Assembly (NCBI GenBank): GCA_050331735.1
Contig: JBHJGN010000049.1
Coordinates: 8,780 to 72,779, forward strand
Direction of reading: 5' to 3'
Source of the DNA: Cyanophyceae cyanobacterium
Lineage (GTDB): Bacteria > Cyanobacteriota > Cyanobacteriia > Cyanobacteriales > JBHJGN01
Length of the DNA: 64,000 bases
Below are positions 48,724 to 58,152 of the stretch, piece after piece. Each line of letters opens with the position of its first letter. The stretch's first letter is position 1. The notes beneath the pieces were generated by a model. The model was given only the letters and a program-made list of their open reading frames with translations. It was not told the DNA's origin and ran no database searches. Made by a program: the position numbers and the translations under genes.

Positions 48724-48895
48724 AACGAGTGGTTAACGGCAGAATTTAACTTGCTAAACGCAGTCCCCCGAACTTGTTCCGGGAGCCAAACTGGCCGCGC
48801 CGAACTTTCCTACCGATTCTCGGCAGGAATCTGGCGGGCGTGAACGTTTTGGTTCAGCTACAGACAGCAGCTAGTTTTGCCGTCAGCAACGCGAC
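48724..48895 (+). ncRNA. ssrS: Probable 6S RNA (ssrS/ssaA); ends approximate
   Basis: Closing stem GTTAACGGCAGAA / TTTTGCCGTCAGC, apical hairpin TTCCTACCGA-ttc-TCGGCAGGAA. CGAACTTGTTCCG, AAACTGG and TGGCGG..ACGTTTT segments match my recollection of cyanobacterial 6S RNAs. Promoter directly upstream; no ORF here. Confidence 0.72.
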
Positions 48896-48962
48896 AATCG
48901 TTTTGCTGTCGTTAGGCCAATCCCAAAAACAGTAGCAAGACGATACTCATCAACCATAACGT

Positions 48963-49724
48963 ATGGAGAAACTGTCTTCTGTGCTCCAACGCCTCAAGCA
49001 AGATTTCAAAAACGACCTGATAGCGGGACTGTTAGTCGTAATTCCTTTAGCGACGACCATCTGGTTGTCGTTCACCATCGCTAACTGGGTCATTAGCTTT
49101 TTAACTCGGATTCCAAAGCAGCTCAATCCGTTTGAAGGTCTACATCCCATTCTGACGAACCTGCTGAACATTGGAGTCGGGCTCACGGTTCCTTTGCTGT
49201 TTATTTTGCTAATTGGTTTAATGGCCCGAAATATCGTCGGTCAGTGGCTGTTAGACTTCGGCGAGAAATTTTTGCAGGCGATTCCTTTAGCGGGTTCGGT
49301 TTACAAAACGCTAAAGCAAATTTTAGAGACCCTACTCAAGGACTCGAAAAGTAAGTTTCGTCGCGTGGTGATGGTGGAGTATCCGCGCCGGGGAATCTGG
49401 ACCCTTGGTTTTGTCACTGGAACGCTCAGCGGTCAGCTTCAGTCCCATCTATCCAAGCCGATGTTGAGTATTTTTATTCCCACGACTCCCAACCCAACTT
49501 CAGGATGGTATGCCATTATACCGGAAGATGATGTAATTACGCTTTCTATTTCCATTGAGGATGCCTTTAAGGTGTTGATCTCTGGAGGCATCGTCAGCCC
49601 CCTTGCCACTCCTTCAGTTCCCATTTCTCTTCCCAGAGGATACAAAGACAAGCAGCTCCAAAAGCTTCCTTTGGATGCGGCCTCGGAGGAGCGGCAGAGA
49701 GTGCCTCTAGAAGAAGACGCTTAG
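48963..49724 (+). CDS. DUF502 membrane protein
   Basis: [32 protein letters not shown] and [11 protein letters not shown] motifs. Confidence 0.88.
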   Translation: MEKLSSVLQRLKQDFKNDLIAGLLVVIPLATTIWLSFTIANWVISFLTRIPKQLNPFEGLHPILTNLLNIGVGLTVPLLFILLIGLMARNIVGQWLLDFGEKFLQAIPLAGSVYKTLKQILETLLKDSKSKFRRVVMVEYPRRGIWTLGFVTGTLSGQLQSHLSKPMLSIFIPTTPNPTSGWYAIIPEDDVITLSISIEDAFKVLISGGIVSPLATPSVPISLPRGYKDKQLQKLPLDAASEERQRVPLEEDA

Positions 49725-49822
49725 TCAACTCAGAAGCGAATATCAATCTCCCCTCATTGGCGCTCGGGAGATTTTTAGTCATGGGCGGGCGTACGCCTAG
49801 ACTAAATCATGATGGACATACT

Positions 49823-50449
49823 ATGCTAACTCGAAAACAACCCAGACGGATTTCTCGCGAACTGACCCTGCTGAGCTTGAGTCAAATTCGCGCTTCCGAA
49901 CGGCTCGAACACCAAGAATTGAATAAATTAGTTTTAGCGGCTATTCGTACTCTCAGCAACGAAGTCCAAGAAACTCTAGAGACTGCCGCCGAGGAAGCAA
50001 AACGCGGCAGCGATCGCTTAGCGAGTAGCGAATGGGCCAGCAACGTCAACAGCGCCAGAGTCATGATTGATGAAGCCCTGGAGCTGACTCAAACAGCGAT
50101 CAATCGCCTTGGAGCCGCCGTTGAGCTACCGGAACTGATTCAGCTTGCCAACCAGCAGGAAGTCCGGCAGTACGCTGTTGAGTTAATTGGTCTGGTGAAG
50201 CGCCGACGGGAGGAAATTGATCGGCAAATTGAAGCGGCGCTCGTCGATTGGCAGTTTAGCCGTCTCCCCAAAATCGATCAGGATATTCTCCGCATCGCCG
50301 TTGCCGAAATTCTCTTCCTTGGCGTTAAAGACAAAATTGCGATCAATGAAGCGGTTGAGCTTGCCAAACGTTATTCCGATGAAGACGGTTATCGTTTTCT
50401 TAACGGAGTCTTGAGAAGAGTGATGAACCGATTAAACAGTCACCCATGA
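49823..50449 (+). CDS. nusB: Transcription antitermination factor NusB
   Basis: [30 protein letters not shown] and FLNGVL; start MLTRKQ at 49823. Confidence 0.92.
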   Translation: MLTRKQPRRISRELTLLSLSQIRASERLEHQELNKLVLAAIRTLSNEVQETLETAAEEAKRGSDRLASSEWASNVNSARVMIDEALELTQTAINRLGAAVELPELIQLANQQEVRQYAVELIGLVKRRREEIDRQIEAALVDWQFSRLPKIDQDILRIAVAEILFLGVKDKIAINEAVELAKRYSDEDGYRFLNGVLRRVMNRLNSHP

Positions 50450-50565
50450 ACAGCGATCGGTTACCGGTCCTTGCCTTTACTCGTGTACTGCTAGCGGGTC
50501 ACTGGTAACTGTCAAGTTTGTCTCGCTATAATGAAGGGCACTGCCCCTCACGCCGATTGTCATTA

Positions 50566-52068
50566 ATGTTTAACTGGTTTCGCCGTCAGTTTGATCGTTC
50601 TCAGCCAGAACCAGAGCAACCTGCTGAAGTAGAGCCATCGCCGCCGGAGCCTGAAGAAGACAAGCCCGATGATCCCTACCTGGAATGGGCTAAAACCGCG
50701 TTTCAAACGATTCAGCAGCGAAAAGCCGCTGAACCAGAACAGATACAGCCCGAGTCGGCAGAAAGCGTTATCGAAGCAGCGCCAGCACCAACCGCATCGG
50801 CAGACCCTGGGGGGACTGAAGCAGAGCCCGAACGTGCCGCCCCTGCTGAAGTTGAGGCAGCAGAACCGCTGGAAAACGCTGCGGTTGAAGCTCAACTAGA
50901 CAACGGTGCTGCTGACGTCGACAAGGGTGAAGCTCCGAGCGCGCCTCCAGCGGAAACAGTTCCCGCCTGGATGCAGAAGTCGAATCGGTTAGCAACGCTC
51001 AAAGAAACAGCGATTGAAACGTCCAGTCCGGAGGAGTCCGCACCAGCCGCTGAGGACGCCGTCACTTTCGACGAAGAATTTGTTTGGTCAGCTCAGGTGT
51101 TGGCCGCCCAGGGTAGAAGCCCAGCAGACGTTTCCTCTGAAGAGATTAGCTGGCTAAAAAAACTGCGTCAGGGGCTCGGAAAAACGAGACGGAGCCTCGT
51201 TAATCAGCTCAAAGCGATCGTCGGCCAGGGACCGCTCAATCAAGACGCGGTAATGGAAATTGAGGCGCTGCTGCTGCAGGCCGATGTGGGCATCGAGGCG
51301 ACAGACTACATCATCGAAACGTTACAAAACCGACTTCGCCAAGAAGCTCTACCACCAGAAGCCGCGATCGCTTACCTCAAAGCAATCCTGCGCGATCTGT
51401 TGGACAAACCCCTACGGGATTTAGAGCCGACCCTGGTGCCGCAAAAAGACACCCTCAATATTTGGCTGCTTACTGGGGTTAACGGAGCTGGCAAGACAAC
51501 CACCATTGGCAAACTTGCTCACCTGGCTCAGAAATCTGGCTATAGCTGCCTGATTGCGGCGGCGGATACCTTTCGGGCGGCGGCGGTTGAGCAGGTGAAG
51601 GTATGGGGCGAACGAAGCCAGACTCCGGTGATCGCGAATCCGGGGAAAAATACCGATCCCGCCGCCGTTGTTTACGATGGAGTGGCGGCAGCTCAGTCTC
51701 GCAATGTAGAACTTTTGCTAGTAGACACCGCAGGACGGTTGCAAAACAAGAAAAACCTCATGGAGGAGCTCGCTAAGATTCGCCGCATCGTTGACAAAAA
51801 AGCTCCCAATGCCACCGTTGAGTCTCTGCTGGTATTAGACGCTACACTAGGGCAAAATGGTCTTCGGCAGGCACAGGTGTTCTCAGAATCCGCTAAGCTG
51901 AGCGGCGTTGTGCTGACGAAGCTAGACGGAACGGCTAAAGGAGGAGTGGCCCTTGCGGTATCGCAACAGCTCAACCTGCCAATTCGCTTTATCGGTGCTG
52001 GGGAGGGGATTGATGATTTACGTCCTTTTTCCAGCTATGAATTTGTGGAAGCGCTCTTGAGTAGTTGA
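50566..52068 (+). CDS. ftsY: Signal recognition particle receptor FtsY
   Basis: Acidic N-region, GVNGAGKTT, DTFRAAA, DTAGR and TKLDGTAKGG; start MFNWFRR at 50566. Confidence 0.95.
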   Translation: MFNWFRRQFDRSQPEPEQPAEVEPSPPEPEEDKPDDPYLEWAKTAFQTIQQRKAAEPEQIQPESAESVIEAAPAPTASADPGGTEAEPERAAPAEVEAAEPLENAAVEAQLDNGAADVDKGEAPSAPPAETVPAWMQKSNRLATLKETAIETSSPEESAPAAEDAVTFDEEFVWSAQVLAAQGRSPADVSSEEISWLKKLRQGLGKTRRSLVNQLKAIVGQGPLNQDAVMEIEALLLQADVGIEATDYIIETLQNRLRQEALPPEAAIAYLKAILRDLLDKPLRDLEPTLVPQKDTLNIWLLTGVNGAGKTTTIGKLAHLAQKSGYSCLIAAADTFRAAAVEQVKVWGERSQTPVIANPGKNTDPAAVVYDGVAAAQSRNVELLLVDTAGRLQNKKNLMEELAKIRRIVDKKAPNATVESLLVLDATLGQNGLRQAQVFSESAKLSGVVLTKLDGTAKGGVALAVSQQLNLPIRFIGAGEGIDDLRPFSSYEFVEALLSS

Positions 52069-52544
52069 AGCAGACAAAAGTTATTTGTCAACGGTCATTG
52101 GTCACAAGTTGCTTTCCTTCTACTCCGGATCGATAACAAAGCACGTTAGAAGATTTCACCAGATTGAGCATTGGCAGAAACCACAATAAGCGCTATCATG
52201 AACCAACTCTCAGTTCAATTTGGTGTTAAGCTTGAGCAGCAACGGACGAGTTGTTGAGTACTAACCCGCTGACTCTATTACTGGCACGGCCACTGCTAGC
52301 TGCGCCCCCCTTTCGGTTTAGAGTCTCTGGAATTTTAGCGCTTTACCACCGTCATTTGCATCACAAAGTGTATTTTTCCTAACATCAAATGCGTTAAACT
52401 CCTGAAAATATCGGCTTGATATCGATGGAATCTCCACTAACCTTGACACCACTCATAACTGGGTGCCAGGGATGAGAAGCCTGACTCGGCTGTAGCCCTA
52501 CCGGTAACGAGTCTGTCCGTTTGATGTCTCCACCGCTTGAGATT

Positions 52545-53960
52545 ATGACCGCTGTGCCCACTCGACAGTCATCCGTTGATGTAGAAGCTACCATTGCTCA
52601 GGCTAATACTAAGGCAACGCCGGTGTTAGCTCTTAAAGAACTGGTCGCTACTCTCCATCGAGAGCAAAACAAAATCCAGAATTTGTTGAGTTCTTTGGGC
52701 TTCGCCCTGCGTAGCTTCAACAATCTCAATCAGTTTTTGGAATTGACTCCTCTGATGGCCGCACGAGTGACGGATGCTGAAGGAGGAGCGTTAATTTTAT
52801 CTCAGGCGGAGGGAGGATTTCGATTAGAACAGCTCTACGGCCAACCAAGCCAAACCACTCAAAAGCTGCGGAGCACCATTGAGCAGGCCATTCGTTCTGA
52901 ACAATCTGGTGCCGGTTCCTTCTATGACTCTCTTGATGCCAAGCTAAAGCAAGATCTGAAGGGGCTTCGTCTTTTCGGAACCTCCATCCTCGTCAAAAAT
53001 GTCGAACGGGGACGGCTCTACATTCTGAGCAATAAACCAGATTATGCATGGACCCCAACGCGACAAAAACTCGCTCAGCTTGTTGCCGATCAAACGGCAG
53101 TCGCGATCGCTAATCATGAATTGACCGTAGAACTCCGCTCGAAAGAGCGTCAAGAGCGAGAGCTAGAAATCGCCTCGGAAATCCAGCTGCGTTTGTTGCC
53201 CAGAAACTGCCCCCAAATCAGGGGAGTAGACCTGGCAGCCCGCTGTAAAACTGCCAATCGAGTCGGCGGCGATTACTACGATTTTATTCCGACAAACTAC
53301 GACCAGCTTCGGCAGAATTCAACGGAAAACGACCTCCAGACAGCGAGCGTTCCCTGGAGCATCGTCATCGGCGATGTTATGGGAAAAGGCGTACCCGCTG
53401 GCTTGATTATGACCATGACGCGAGGAATGCTGCGGGCAGAAGTGTTGAATCGCCATTCCCCCGAGCAGGTGTTGCAGCACCTCAACCGAGTCATGTATGC
53501 CGATCTGGAAAATTCACATCGGTTTGTGACCTTGTTTTATTCGGAGTACGATCCGCAAACGGGAATGCTGGCTTTTAGTAACGCCGCCCACCATCCTCCC
53601 CTGCTGTGGAGTGCTAAAGACCATTCTACCAAGCAGCTAGATACCTGGGGGATGTGGATTGGTCTCGACGCTAATTCTGAATACCACTCCGCTACAGAAC
53701 AGCTCCACCCGGGAGACAAAATTATTTACTACACAGACGGATTTACTGACGCGATTAACCAGCATGGGGAGCGCTTCGACGAAGAGAACTTACTGCAGGC
53801 TTTTGAGTGGGCTTGCCAACATACCAACACAGCTCAGGAAATGCTCGACTATCTGTTTGAGGAAATCGAAACCTTTGTGGGCTCGGGAAGCCACAGTGAC
53901 GATATGACCCTGATCGTGATGCAGATTGAAGAAGTGCCGGAAGGACAGGGCAAAGGGTAA
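52545..53960 (+). CDS. GAF-like + PP2C/SpoIIE (RsbU-like) phosphatase
   Basis: VGGDYYDF, IGDVMGKG, YTDGFTD and DDMTL motifs; start MTAVP at 52545. Confidence 0.88.
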   Translation: MTAVPTRQSSVDVEATIAQANTKATPVLALKELVATLHREQNKIQNLLSSLGFALRSFNNLNQFLELTPLMAARVTDAEGGALILSQAEGGFRLEQLYGQPSQTTQKLRSTIEQAIRSEQSGAGSFYDSLDAKLKQDLKGLRLFGTSILVKNVERGRLYILSNKPDYAWTPTRQKLAQLVADQTAVAIANHELTVELRSKERQERELEIASEIQLRLLPRNCPQIRGVDLAARCKTANRVGGDYYDFIPTNYDQLRQNSTENDLQTASVPWSIVIGDVMGKGVPAGLIMTMTRGMLRAEVLNRHSPEQVLQHLNRVMYADLENSHRFVTLFYSEYDPQTGMLAFSNAAHHPPLLWSAKDHSTKQLDTWGMWIGLDANSEYHSATEQLHPGDKIIYYTDGFTDAINQHGERFDEENLLQAFEWACQHTNTAQEMLDYLFEEIETFVGSGSHSDDMTLIVMQIEEVPEGQGKG

Positions 53961-54018
53961 GGGGGACCAGGGAAAAACCGCCTCGCCATTGAGCTAATAG
54001 CTAAGAGCTAACAGCCAG
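53947..54018 (+). repeat. STRR-type heptamer tracts
   Basis: AGGGCAA AGGGTAA GGGGGAC and GAGCTAA TAGCTAA GAGCTAA CAGCCAG around the PP2C stop. Similar degenerate heptamers near 24505, 39390 and 58110. Confidence 0.55.
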
Positions 54019-54119
54019 AGCGCGGTTATTTTGTTATAGTCAGGGTGATTTGGCTAAACTAACTGGCAAAGATCGTTTTTTGACGACCGCCTATTCGAGC
54101 AACACCTGATTGACGAACC

Positions 54120-55508
54120 GTGACCGAGAAAAAAACCTGGAGCGATCGCTTTGAAGGAGCCCTCCACCCATTCATTGCCCACTTTAACGCCAGCATTGGC
54201 TTTGACATGGCGCTGATTGAGTACGATCTGACTGGATCGGTGGCTCACGCTAAAATGCTTGTCCATACCGGCATCATCTCTAAAGACGAGGGGGGGGTAA
54301 TTGTCTCTGGCCTAGAGCAAATCCGCCGCGAATATCGAGAGGGAAACTTCACTCCCAGCATCGATGACGAAGACGTTCATTTTGCTGTGGAGCGACGCTT
54401 GACGGAAATTATCGGCACGGTTGGTAAAAAACTGCACACGGCGCGATCGCGCAACGACCAGGTGGGCACTGATATTCGCCTGTATCTCAAAGACCAAATT
54501 ACCCAAATTCGCGCTCAGCTTGGGGAATTTCAGAGCGTACTGCTGAATCTGGCTCAGGCCCACGTCGAAACGCTGATTCCGGGATATACCCACCTCCAGC
54601 GAGCGCAGCCGCTCAGTTTAGCACATCATCTCCTCGCGTATTTCCAGATGGCGCAGCGGGACTGGGAACGATTGGGAGACGTCTATCGGCGCACCGATCT
54701 TTCTCCCTTGGGCAGCGGGGCGCTGGCGGGAACCACCTTTCCGATTGACCGGCACTATGCCGCCTCAGCACTAGGATTTGCCGGGGTGTATGCGAACAGC
54801 TTGGATGGAGTGAGCGATCGCGACTTTGCCATTGAGTTCTTAGGAGCCGCGAGTCTGGTGATGGTGCATCTCAGCCGCCTGAGTGAAGAAGTCATTTTGT
54901 GGGCGTCTCAAGAGTTTGGCTTTGTTAGTCTCACCGATAGCTGTGCCACTGGCTCGAGTATCATGCCGCAGAAGAAAAATCCGGATGTTCCTGAATTGAT
55001 CCGAGGCAAATCCGGACGCGTCTTTGGCCATCTCCAGGGAATGCTGGTGCTGATGAAGGGGCTGCCGCTGGCCTACAACAAGGATCTGCAAGAAGACAAA
55101 GAGGCCCTCTTTGATGGAGTGACTGCTGTCAAAGCCTGTTTAGCAGCGATGACTATTCTGCTCCGCGAGGGCATTGAATTTCGCCGCGAACGTCTAGCAG
55201 CGGCTGTTGCGGAAGATTACTCAAATGCTACCGACGTGGCTGACTACTTGGCAGCGCGGGGAGTTCCGTTTCGAGAAGCCTATAATTTAGTAGGGAAGGT
55301 GGTTAAAACTAGCCTTGCTGCTGGTAAATTACTCACAGAACTCACCCTAGAAGAATGGAGGCAGCTTCATCCGGCTTTTGAAGCGGATATTTATCAGGCG
55401 ATCGCTCCCCAACAGGTTGTTTCTGCTCGCAACAGCTATGGCGGCACTGGCTTTGAGCAAGTTCGACAAGCCCTTGAACAAGCCAAAGCTCAACTAAGTT
55501 CCCGTTAG
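54120..55508 (+). CDS. argH: Argininosuccinate lyase
   Basis: [37 protein letters not shown] and [10 protein letters not shown] motifs. Confidence 0.97.
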   Translation: MTEKKTWSDRFEGALHPFIAHFNASIGFDMALIEYDLTGSVAHAKMLVHTGIISKDEGGVIVSGLEQIRREYREGNFTPSIDDEDVHFAVERRLTEIIGTVGKKLHTARSRNDQVGTDIRLYLKDQITQIRAQLGEFQSVLLNLAQAHVETLIPGYTHLQRAQPLSLAHHLLAYFQMAQRDWERLGDVYRRTDLSPLGSGALAGTTFPIDRHYAASALGFAGVYANSLDGVSDRDFAIEFLGAASLVMVHLSRLSEEVILWASQEFGFVSLTDSCATGSSIMPQKKNPDVPELIRGKSGRVFGHLQGMLVLMKGLPLAYNKDLQEDKEALFDGVTAVKACLAAMTILLREGIEFRRERLAAAVAEDYSNATDVADYLAARGVPFREAYNLVGKVVKTSLAAGKLLTELTLEEWRQLHPAFEADIYQAIAPQQVVSARNSYGGTGFEQVRQALEQAKAQLSSR

Positions 55509-55539
55509 CTACTCAAGATTCATCTACCCCTGCTTCTGT

Positions 55540-55995
55540 ATGCGCCGTGCTTGGCAGTATGTTAAAACCGTTCTTGGCATTATCTTTCGCCATCCAGTCA
55601 CCGGGACTACCATTATCCCCCTACTGGCCGATGGTCGCATTGTCTTGGTCCGCCGTCAAGATACGGGAAAGTGGGGGTTACCGGGAGGGATGGTTGACTG
55701 GGGAGAAGATATTGTCACTACTGTTTACCGCGAATTAACCGAAGAAACTGGGCTAGAAGTCACAAAAATTCGCCGTCTTGTCGGGGTTTATTCTGCCCCT
55801 GACCGCGACCCCAGAATTCACTCGATTTCTGTTGTCATTGAAGCAGAAGTGCAGGGAACAATTAACGTCAAGGATACTCTTGAAATTTCTGAAGCCCAAG
55901 CCTTTTTGCCCAACGAACTTCCCCTGGGAGAATTGAGTCACGATCACGACCGCCACCTGCAAGACTACTTCGACGGCTCGACAACGATTGCCTGA
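55540..55995 (+). CDS. NUDIX hydrolase
   Basis: Nudix box GGMVDWGEDIVTTVYRELTEETGL; RDPR.H motif. Confidence 0.9.
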   Translation: MRRAWQYVKTVLGIIFRHPVTGTTIIPLLADGRIVLVRRQDTGKWGLPGGMVDWGEDIVTTVYRELTEETGLEVTKIRRLVGVYSAPDRDPRIHSISVVIEAEVQGTINVKDTLEISEAQAFLPNELPLGELSHDHDRHLQDYFDGSTTIA

Positions 55996-56054
55996 GTCGC
56001 TCCGCGACGGGGAGGAAAATTGTCCTTTGCCCTTTTCCCCGCGCCTGCGGCGCT
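55996..56054 (+). repeat. Small dispersed repeat with two terminal micro-hairpins, filling a convergent intergenic gap
   Basis: GTCGCTCCGCGACGGGGA ... CTTTGCCCTTTTCCCCGCGCCTGCGGCGCT. Confidence 0.65.
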
Positions 56055-57333
56055 ACGGCGCTTCTAAAAAGGTACGAACCGTACCGTTAGGGTCGAGCAT
56101 AACGCGAATTTGCGGGTTTTCTATTCCCGACAAAGGACTAACAAACTCTTCGCCCATCAGCGGCATTCCTGTGCGATCTAAATACACTTTTGAGGCCTGT
56201 CCAAGCGGGGTAATTTGCTTAATAGAGCCATCGCGGTTGAGGACTAAACGATATTCCAAAATCTGGCTCAGATTCTCTGGAGGAGACCACTCTGCTTGAA
56301 AATAATTTCTCACCTCAGCGACTTGCTCAATCTCGTCTAACAAAGCGTTAGGAGCAACATCTCCTGCTGGTGCATCAGGCAGGGCTGCTGACTGAGCTGG
56401 TGATTCTAGGACGGGTTGGGGCTTTAGGGGCGGTAACTCTGGTAGTTTTGGAGGGGAGCTACTCGCAGCGGGTGGAGTGTCTGACTGGGAGGAAGTACTT
56501 GGGGGCGTTGTCTGCGGTGTAACAGACCGCGTTGGCGGCGATGAGGGAGCAGGAACAACGGCAGTGTTCGGTGGAGTAGGTAAGGGCTGGGATGGCGGCG
56601 GAGAAACGGAGGCTGGTGGCGGCAGCGGTTCTGAGTTGGCGAGAGGAGGGACTAGCGTCGGCGATGGTAAGACCGTCTCCGGTGGCGGTGGGGGGAGAGG
56701 CGGAACGACCTCAACGGGGTCCGGCTGGCGTGGTTGCGTTTCGATGTCTTGCAGCACGACTGGCTCCTCCGCTTCAGAGGAGACGAGCATTCTGATACCG
56801 ACAGGAATACCAAGCGCGACAACAATAGCCGTGGCAACTCCTGCCCACACGTACTTTCGGCGAATTTTGGCGCTCTCAAGCTGCGGTAAAGTTAAGATAT
56901 CTTGGCTATACGCTTCTAGGGCATTAGCCAGATCGAACAACTGGAGGGTGCTCAGGGGAATGGTGGTTCCCGGCTCGTACACAAGTTCGTGAGCCAGCAG
57001 GCTATTCGCGTGGAGACGAGGAGGAGAGGCAGTCGGGGACTCCTCGGATACCCCAGGCGGGGAATCAAAGAGCGCGAGCTGTGGTAGCTGCAGAACGAGC
57101 TCTTGCACATAACGACCGACAACGGCGCTGAGCCGCTCTAAGCATTCGCGATCGCCGCGAACGAGGAGCTGTTGCTCCTCTGGCAGCCTGGGGTCATCAA
57201 ACCTTAACTCAAATTGCAGGTCGGACAACGAAGTGGCCCGCAGAGCCCAGGTTTTCTGCGTCAAGAGGTTCAGAGTGCAGGTTGGAGGAGTATAGCGGCG
57301 AATGACTGAATAATTCATAGAGTGCTGAGTCAC
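56053..57333 (-). CDS. DUF4335-type protein: N-domain, TM, Pro-rich linker, small C-domain
   Basis: RRYTPPTCTL and LSTLQLFDLANALE motifs; paired with the DUF3038-type gene. Confidence 0.72.
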   Translation of the reverse strand: MTQHSMNYSVIRRYTPPTCTLNLLTQKTWALRATSLSDLQFELRFDDPRLPEEQQLLVRGDRECLERLSAVVGRYVQELVLQLPQLALFDSPPGVSEESPTASPPRLHANSLLAHELVYEPGTTIPLSTLQLFDLANALEAYSQDILTLPQLESAKIRRKYVWAGVATAIVVALGIPVGIRMLVSSEAEEPVVLQDIETQPRQPDPVEVVPPLPPPPPETVLPSPTLVPPLANSEPLPPPASVSPPPSQPLPTPPNTAVVPAPSSPPTRSVTPQTTPPSTSSQSDTPPAASSSPPKLPELPPLKPQPVLESPAQSAALPDAPAGDVAPNALLDEIEQVAEVRNYFQAEWSPPENLSQILEYRLVLNRDGSIKQITPLGQASKVYLDRTGMPLMGEEFVSPLSGIENPQIRVMLDPNGTVRTFLEAP

Positions 57334-57336
57334 CGA

Positions 57337-57915
57337 TTATAAGTCGTTAGTCGCGGCGGAACGGGCTAGCAGAGTTTGCCAAAGGTGGCGATGTCCGCTC
57401 GCAGAGCTATAGAAGAGTAGTTCGATGAGGAGTTTGAGCGCTAGCTGGTCGGAGGCTTCCCTCGCGAGGGAAGCTGCGACCTGCTTGTGGTAAGTTGTCT
57501 CAAAGGTATGGAGATAGTCTGCCAGCAGCGTGAACGTCTGTGGCTTTCGATTGTGCTCGACGCTCTGTTCTAGCAAACTAACGGCACGACGAATCAACTC
57601 TTGATGATCTTTGGCTAAATAAGCAGCGATCGCCACTAAAGCGCGCATTTCTTCAACGCTCAGCTTTCGTTCTGCCCCGTGCCGCCAAGGGTTGTATTGC
57701 CGCAGCCGCCATAGTCTAGTGCGGTCGGCAACGATCGCTTCTAAAGTGAGAGCGTGAGCTGCCTGCACCATGGCATCAGAACTGATTCCTGCCAAAGCTT
57801 CCAACGACAGAAAAATGAGGTCTAAATGATCTTTCATGCGCTCTAGCTGCTCAGTCTCCAGCGGTTGGTCTAGAGGCAATTGCCACAGCGGAAATGCTGG
57901 TGTAGTCTGACCCAT
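57337..57915 (-). CDS. DUF3038-type protein
   Basis: LDLIFLSLEAL, LWRLRQYNPWR and LLFYSSASGHRHLW motifs. Confidence 0.75.
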   Translation of the reverse strand: MGQTTPAFPLWQLPLDQPLETEQLERMKDHLDLIFLSLEALAGISSDAMVQAAHALTLEAIVADRTRLWRLRQYNPWRHGAERKLSVEEMRALVAIAAYLAKDHQELIRRAVSLLEQSVEHNRKPQTFTLLADYLHTFETTYHKQVAASLAREASDQLALKLLIELLFYSSASGHRHLWQTLLARSAATNDL

Positions 57916-58152
57916 CGTTACCCATTAACTCCTTGCCCAGAACATCGCGCTCAAAAACGGTTGACGAATAGTTCTATATTCGCGCAAAGATGGCACAACC
58001 GTCATTGAGCAACTTGGTAACGGATAGCTTTTGGGGCAGCTAATCGCCGTTAGCTGTTAGCTGATTGATGAGTGGCAGCCAACATCGAGACCAGAACTAA
58101 CAAATTTCCGGGAGCTAAAAGCTTGCCTGAAGCTAAGAGCTCATCGCTTAGC

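Noticed and set aside
52200..52520. Riboswitch or ncRNA in the PP2C gene leader
   Set aside because: Only a short GACTCG/CGAGTC stem and no recognisable aptamer; an Rfam scan would be needed.
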